Below, piece by piece: positions 60,437-64,000 of a stretch of DNA of 64,000 nt. Position numbers and translations under genes: made by a program. The stretch spans positions 352,001-416,000 of the forward strand of contig CAVSGI010000010.1 of NCBI GenBank assembly GCA_963727445.1. The letters are read 5' to 3'. The notes beneath the pieces are model-generated. The model had not been told where the DNA came from. It did no database searches and saw only the letters and a list, made by a program, of their open reading frames with translations. This DNA comes from an uncultured delta proteobacterium (GTDB lineage: Bacteria > Myxococcota_A > Polyangia > Polyangiales > B10-G4). Numbering within the stretch: position 1 is the stretch's first letter; every line of letters begins with the position of its first letter.

Positions 60437-60979
60437 ATGAGCCTGCCCCGTATCACCTCTCGAGGGGTGCCGGAGATGCGCTCACTCCCCACGGAGCGAG
60501 GGCAGTGGCTGGCGCTCGCGCTGCTCCTTCCGTCACTCGTGGGGTGTAGCGGGGGACAGGCTGCAGAGACGGATCCGTCCGGCGCCCCCGGCGACTCGAC
60601 GTCCGGCGAGATGCGCCGCAGCACGGCCGATGAGGACGACGCGGTGGCTCGAACCGCCAGTGCCACCGAGCCGTCCGCGCCGGGGGAGCAGGGGTGCCAC
60701 GCGGCCGACGAGTGCACGTTGACGCTCTGGTTCTGCAGTCCTTGCGACCCCTGTCCGAATACGCGGTCGCGCGCCGTCCTCGTCTCCTCTGCCGCGACCG
60801 CGCGCGACGAGTGCGAGTGGACCGACTACACCGGGCCACAGCCCGAGTGCGAGCCATGCCCGGCACCCGACCCGGATTTTCGCGATTGGACGGCGGTCGC
60901 ATGCGTGGACGGCCGCTGCGTCGCGCACACGCTGGGCCCGAGCGATGCGGAGACGCTCGAAGAGGTGCGTTCTCCCTGA
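60437..60979 (+). CDS. Cys-rich lipoprotein
   Basis: Lipobox LVGC, C-terminal 'CHAADEC...C..C..C' and 'VACVDGRC'. Confidence 0.65.
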   Translation: MSLPRITSRGVPEMRSLPTERGQWLALALLLPSLVGCSGGQAAETDPSGAPGDSTSGEMRRSTADEDDAVARTASATEPSAPGEQGCHAADECTLTLWFCSPCDPCPNTRSRAVLVSSAATARDECEWTDYTGPQPECEPCPAPDPDFRDWTAVACVDGRCVAHTLGPSDAETLEEVRSP

Positions 60980-61116
60980 AGGTTGGGAGATCTCGATCAC
61001 GCACAGCTTCGAGCTGCAGCGAGCAGAACTGGTGGAGCGGGAGCAACGGTCAGTGGACCGGCATCGGCGTCAGGCGCCTTGACCGAACGTCGTTCACGCG
61101 GGATCCAGAGCCACGA

Positions 61117-62358
<1,242 letters not shown>

Positions 62359-62627
62359 CCCTCGAGGGGATACCCTCCTGCTGCGCCTCGGCGTGGGCGG
62401 CGCTCTCGTACTCAGTCGGGAAGCGCGTCGGTCTCGCGTCTCAGCAAGGCGGTGAAGAAATCCTTCTCGCTGCAGGGCTTCGATACCACGAGAAGGAGAT
62501 GGCCCTGGCCACACCAGGAGCCGGTCGTGGCCAGGTGTGACACCGCTCGAGGTGGCTGTCTTCCCAGTGATTCTGGGGGCCGGGGACTGGCAAGGGGGTT
62601 GCTACGCGGCGTGGCAGGAGGCCAGTC

Positions 62628-63440
62628 ATGCGTTTTGTCTCGTTCGGGCTCGCGGGAGCCCTCGTCGCCCTCGGCGGTTGTTCCGCCGCCGTTCCGTCCT
62701 CGGGGATCACCAAGGAGGAGGCACGCGCCCAGGGGGGCAAGGCGGACGATGGTGAGGACTTCTGCGAGCTCTTCGGCTGGTACGGCGACGGCGAGTGCGA
62801 TGACTTCTGCCCGGCGCACGACCCCGACTGCTCTCCCGCGTGCCCCGCGACGGGCGTGCTGTGCACGACCGACTGCCCTGAGTCGGGCCGCCTGCCGGGC
62901 GGAGCGCCCTGCACCTTCGGCGACTTCGACACGGAGACGTGCGAATGCAATTCGATCCCGTGCGGCGGCTGGATCGGCGCATGCCCGAGCGCCGACCTCG
63001 AGTGCGTCGACGATCCGAGCGACTCATGCGACCCGGCGGCGGGTGGCCGCGACTGCAGCGGCATCTGCCAGCCTGCCCCGGAGACGCCCGAGTGCCCGCC
63101 CACCGGCGTCCTGTGCACGCCCGACTGCACCGACGGCCGCACTCCGGGCGGCGCACCCTGCCAGCGGGGCACCTTCGACGAGACCACCTGCGCCTGCACG
63201 CCTGTCGAGGAGCCGCCCCCGCCCATGGAGTGCCCGCCCACCGGCGTCCTGTGCACGCCCGACTGCACCGACGGCCGCACCCCGGGCGGCGCACCCTGCC
63301 AGCGGGGCACCTTCGACGAGACCACCTGCGAGTGCACCCCCGTTCCCGACGACTGCCGCACGACCGGCTGCGAAGACGGAAGCAGTTGCTCGTTCTGCTG
63401 GGGACACTACGCCTGCGTTCCAGAAGGCGCGCTCTGCTGA
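62628..63440 (+). CDS. Cys-rich lipoprotein with a GKAD motif and internal repeats
   Basis: AGGAGG RBS, lipobox LGGC, GGKADD, WYGDGECDDFC..DPDC and three CP.TGVLCT modules. Confidence 0.8.
   Translation: MRFVSFGLAGALVALGGCSAAVPSSGITKEEARAQGGKADDGEDFCELFGWYGDGECDDFCPAHDPDCSPACPATGVLCTTDCPESGRLPGGAPCTFGDFDTETCECNSIPCGGWIGACPSADLECVDDPSDSCDPAAGGRDCSGICQPAPETPECPPTGVLCTPDCTDGRTPGGAPCQRGTFDETTCACTPVEEPPPPMECPPTGVLCTPDCTDGRTPGGAPCQRGTFDETTCECTPVPDDCRTTGCEDGSSCSFCWGHYACVPEGALC
63090..63330 (+). repeat. Near-identical 103-bp direct repeat (period 138 bp)
   Basis: 63090-63192 and 63228-63330 differ at about one base. Confidence 0.85.
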
Positions 63441-63719
63441 ATCGGGGGGGGTCGCGACCGGGGAGATCGGGGAGGAGATCGTGACCGGGTCGGCGGCGAG
63501 CCTTGGGGCGCTGGATGACCGTTCCGGGCGCTCGAGCGATGGAAAGGTTGGTTGCGGTGCGCTCATGGGCTCCAAGCACGGCAGCTCCAAGCACAACAGA
63601 GACCGAATCGGACGCTGTCAGCGGTGTTCTCTCTGTCGCAGGTCCTCGGCGAATACACCGATGCGTGTCCGCGCCTCGCGCAGACACACATCGGTGCCCG
63701 ACGGGCGCCGCGATGATCG

Positions 63720-64000
63720 CTACGAAGGTGGGGGTCGGCGCTTGGGCCGAGGTGCGACGCGCACGCCGTGGTGCACGCGCATCCACCACGTGCCGTGAGG
63801 GAAAACGACGCGGCGGTCGCCCGCCGTCCAGCGCGCGAGCTTGGCGTCGTAGGTGGCCTCGAAGTCGCGCGCTTCCTCGATCGCGGCGAGAGCGGCGTTC
63901 AGGTCGCCCCCAGCCTTGAAACGCGGGTTGAGCTTTCCGAAGAGCTCCCAGCTCTTGGCCCTGGCGGTGCGCGGGACGCGCACACAGCGGCGAGCGCCCT
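63720..64000 (-). mobile_element. C-terminus of a probable IS200/RAYT-like (Y1 HUH) transposase, 5'-truncated by the window edge
   Basis: Frame is open to the window end. '..LNPRF...F...Y......W..G.R.V.FP.GTWWMR' resembles, from recall, C-termini of myxobacterial RAYT-like proteins. The catalytic HUH region is outside the window. Confidence 0.45.

Noticed and set aside
62540..62600. CACTGGGAAG on the minus strand suggesting a cobalamin riboswitch
   Set aside because: Other conserved B12-box elements are not recognisable and no B12-related gene follows.
63090..63330. Direct repeats considered as a possible CRISPR array (also 45460-45625 and 12040-12093)
   Set aside because: They are in-frame coding repeats without a repeat-spacer pattern, and no cas genes are present.

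Overview
GC-rich bacterial window, very likely Myxococcota (Polyangia/Sandaracinaceae-like). The assignment rests on many Cys-rich lipoproteins with D/A/G-rich linkers, MXAN_6577-like and 'CGDG..EECDDG' repeats, a GKAD-motif protein and a giant TPR protein. Recognisable content: a stand-alone groEL, a divergent Ku/LigD NHEJ pair, aroC, an NAD salvage operon (pncB-nadE-nrtR-pncA) with a clear NrtR operator, an Ada-like alkyltransferase, a MacAB/FtsX-type ABC exporter, a DUF3516 helicase, two acyl-CoA dehydrogenases, an ECF sigma/FecR cassette, an expansin, an AGMO-like desaturase and a DksA with a histone H1-like tail. The most intriguing locus (about 3.4-10.3 kb) has a tetraether-lipid-synthase (Tes/GDGT-MAS)-like radical SAM gene overlapping tail-to-tail with an Lgt paralog. 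That Lgt gene ends a tightly coupled operon whose upstream zinc-ribbon membrane protein has a Cys-bearing C-terminal hydrophobic tail, which suggests an uncharacterised lipid or lipoprotein modification system. At least six genes, including aroC and ku, carry single frameshifts that are most likely assembly indels. I saw no rRNA, tRNA or CRISPR array. All calls come from motif reading only, with no database searches.
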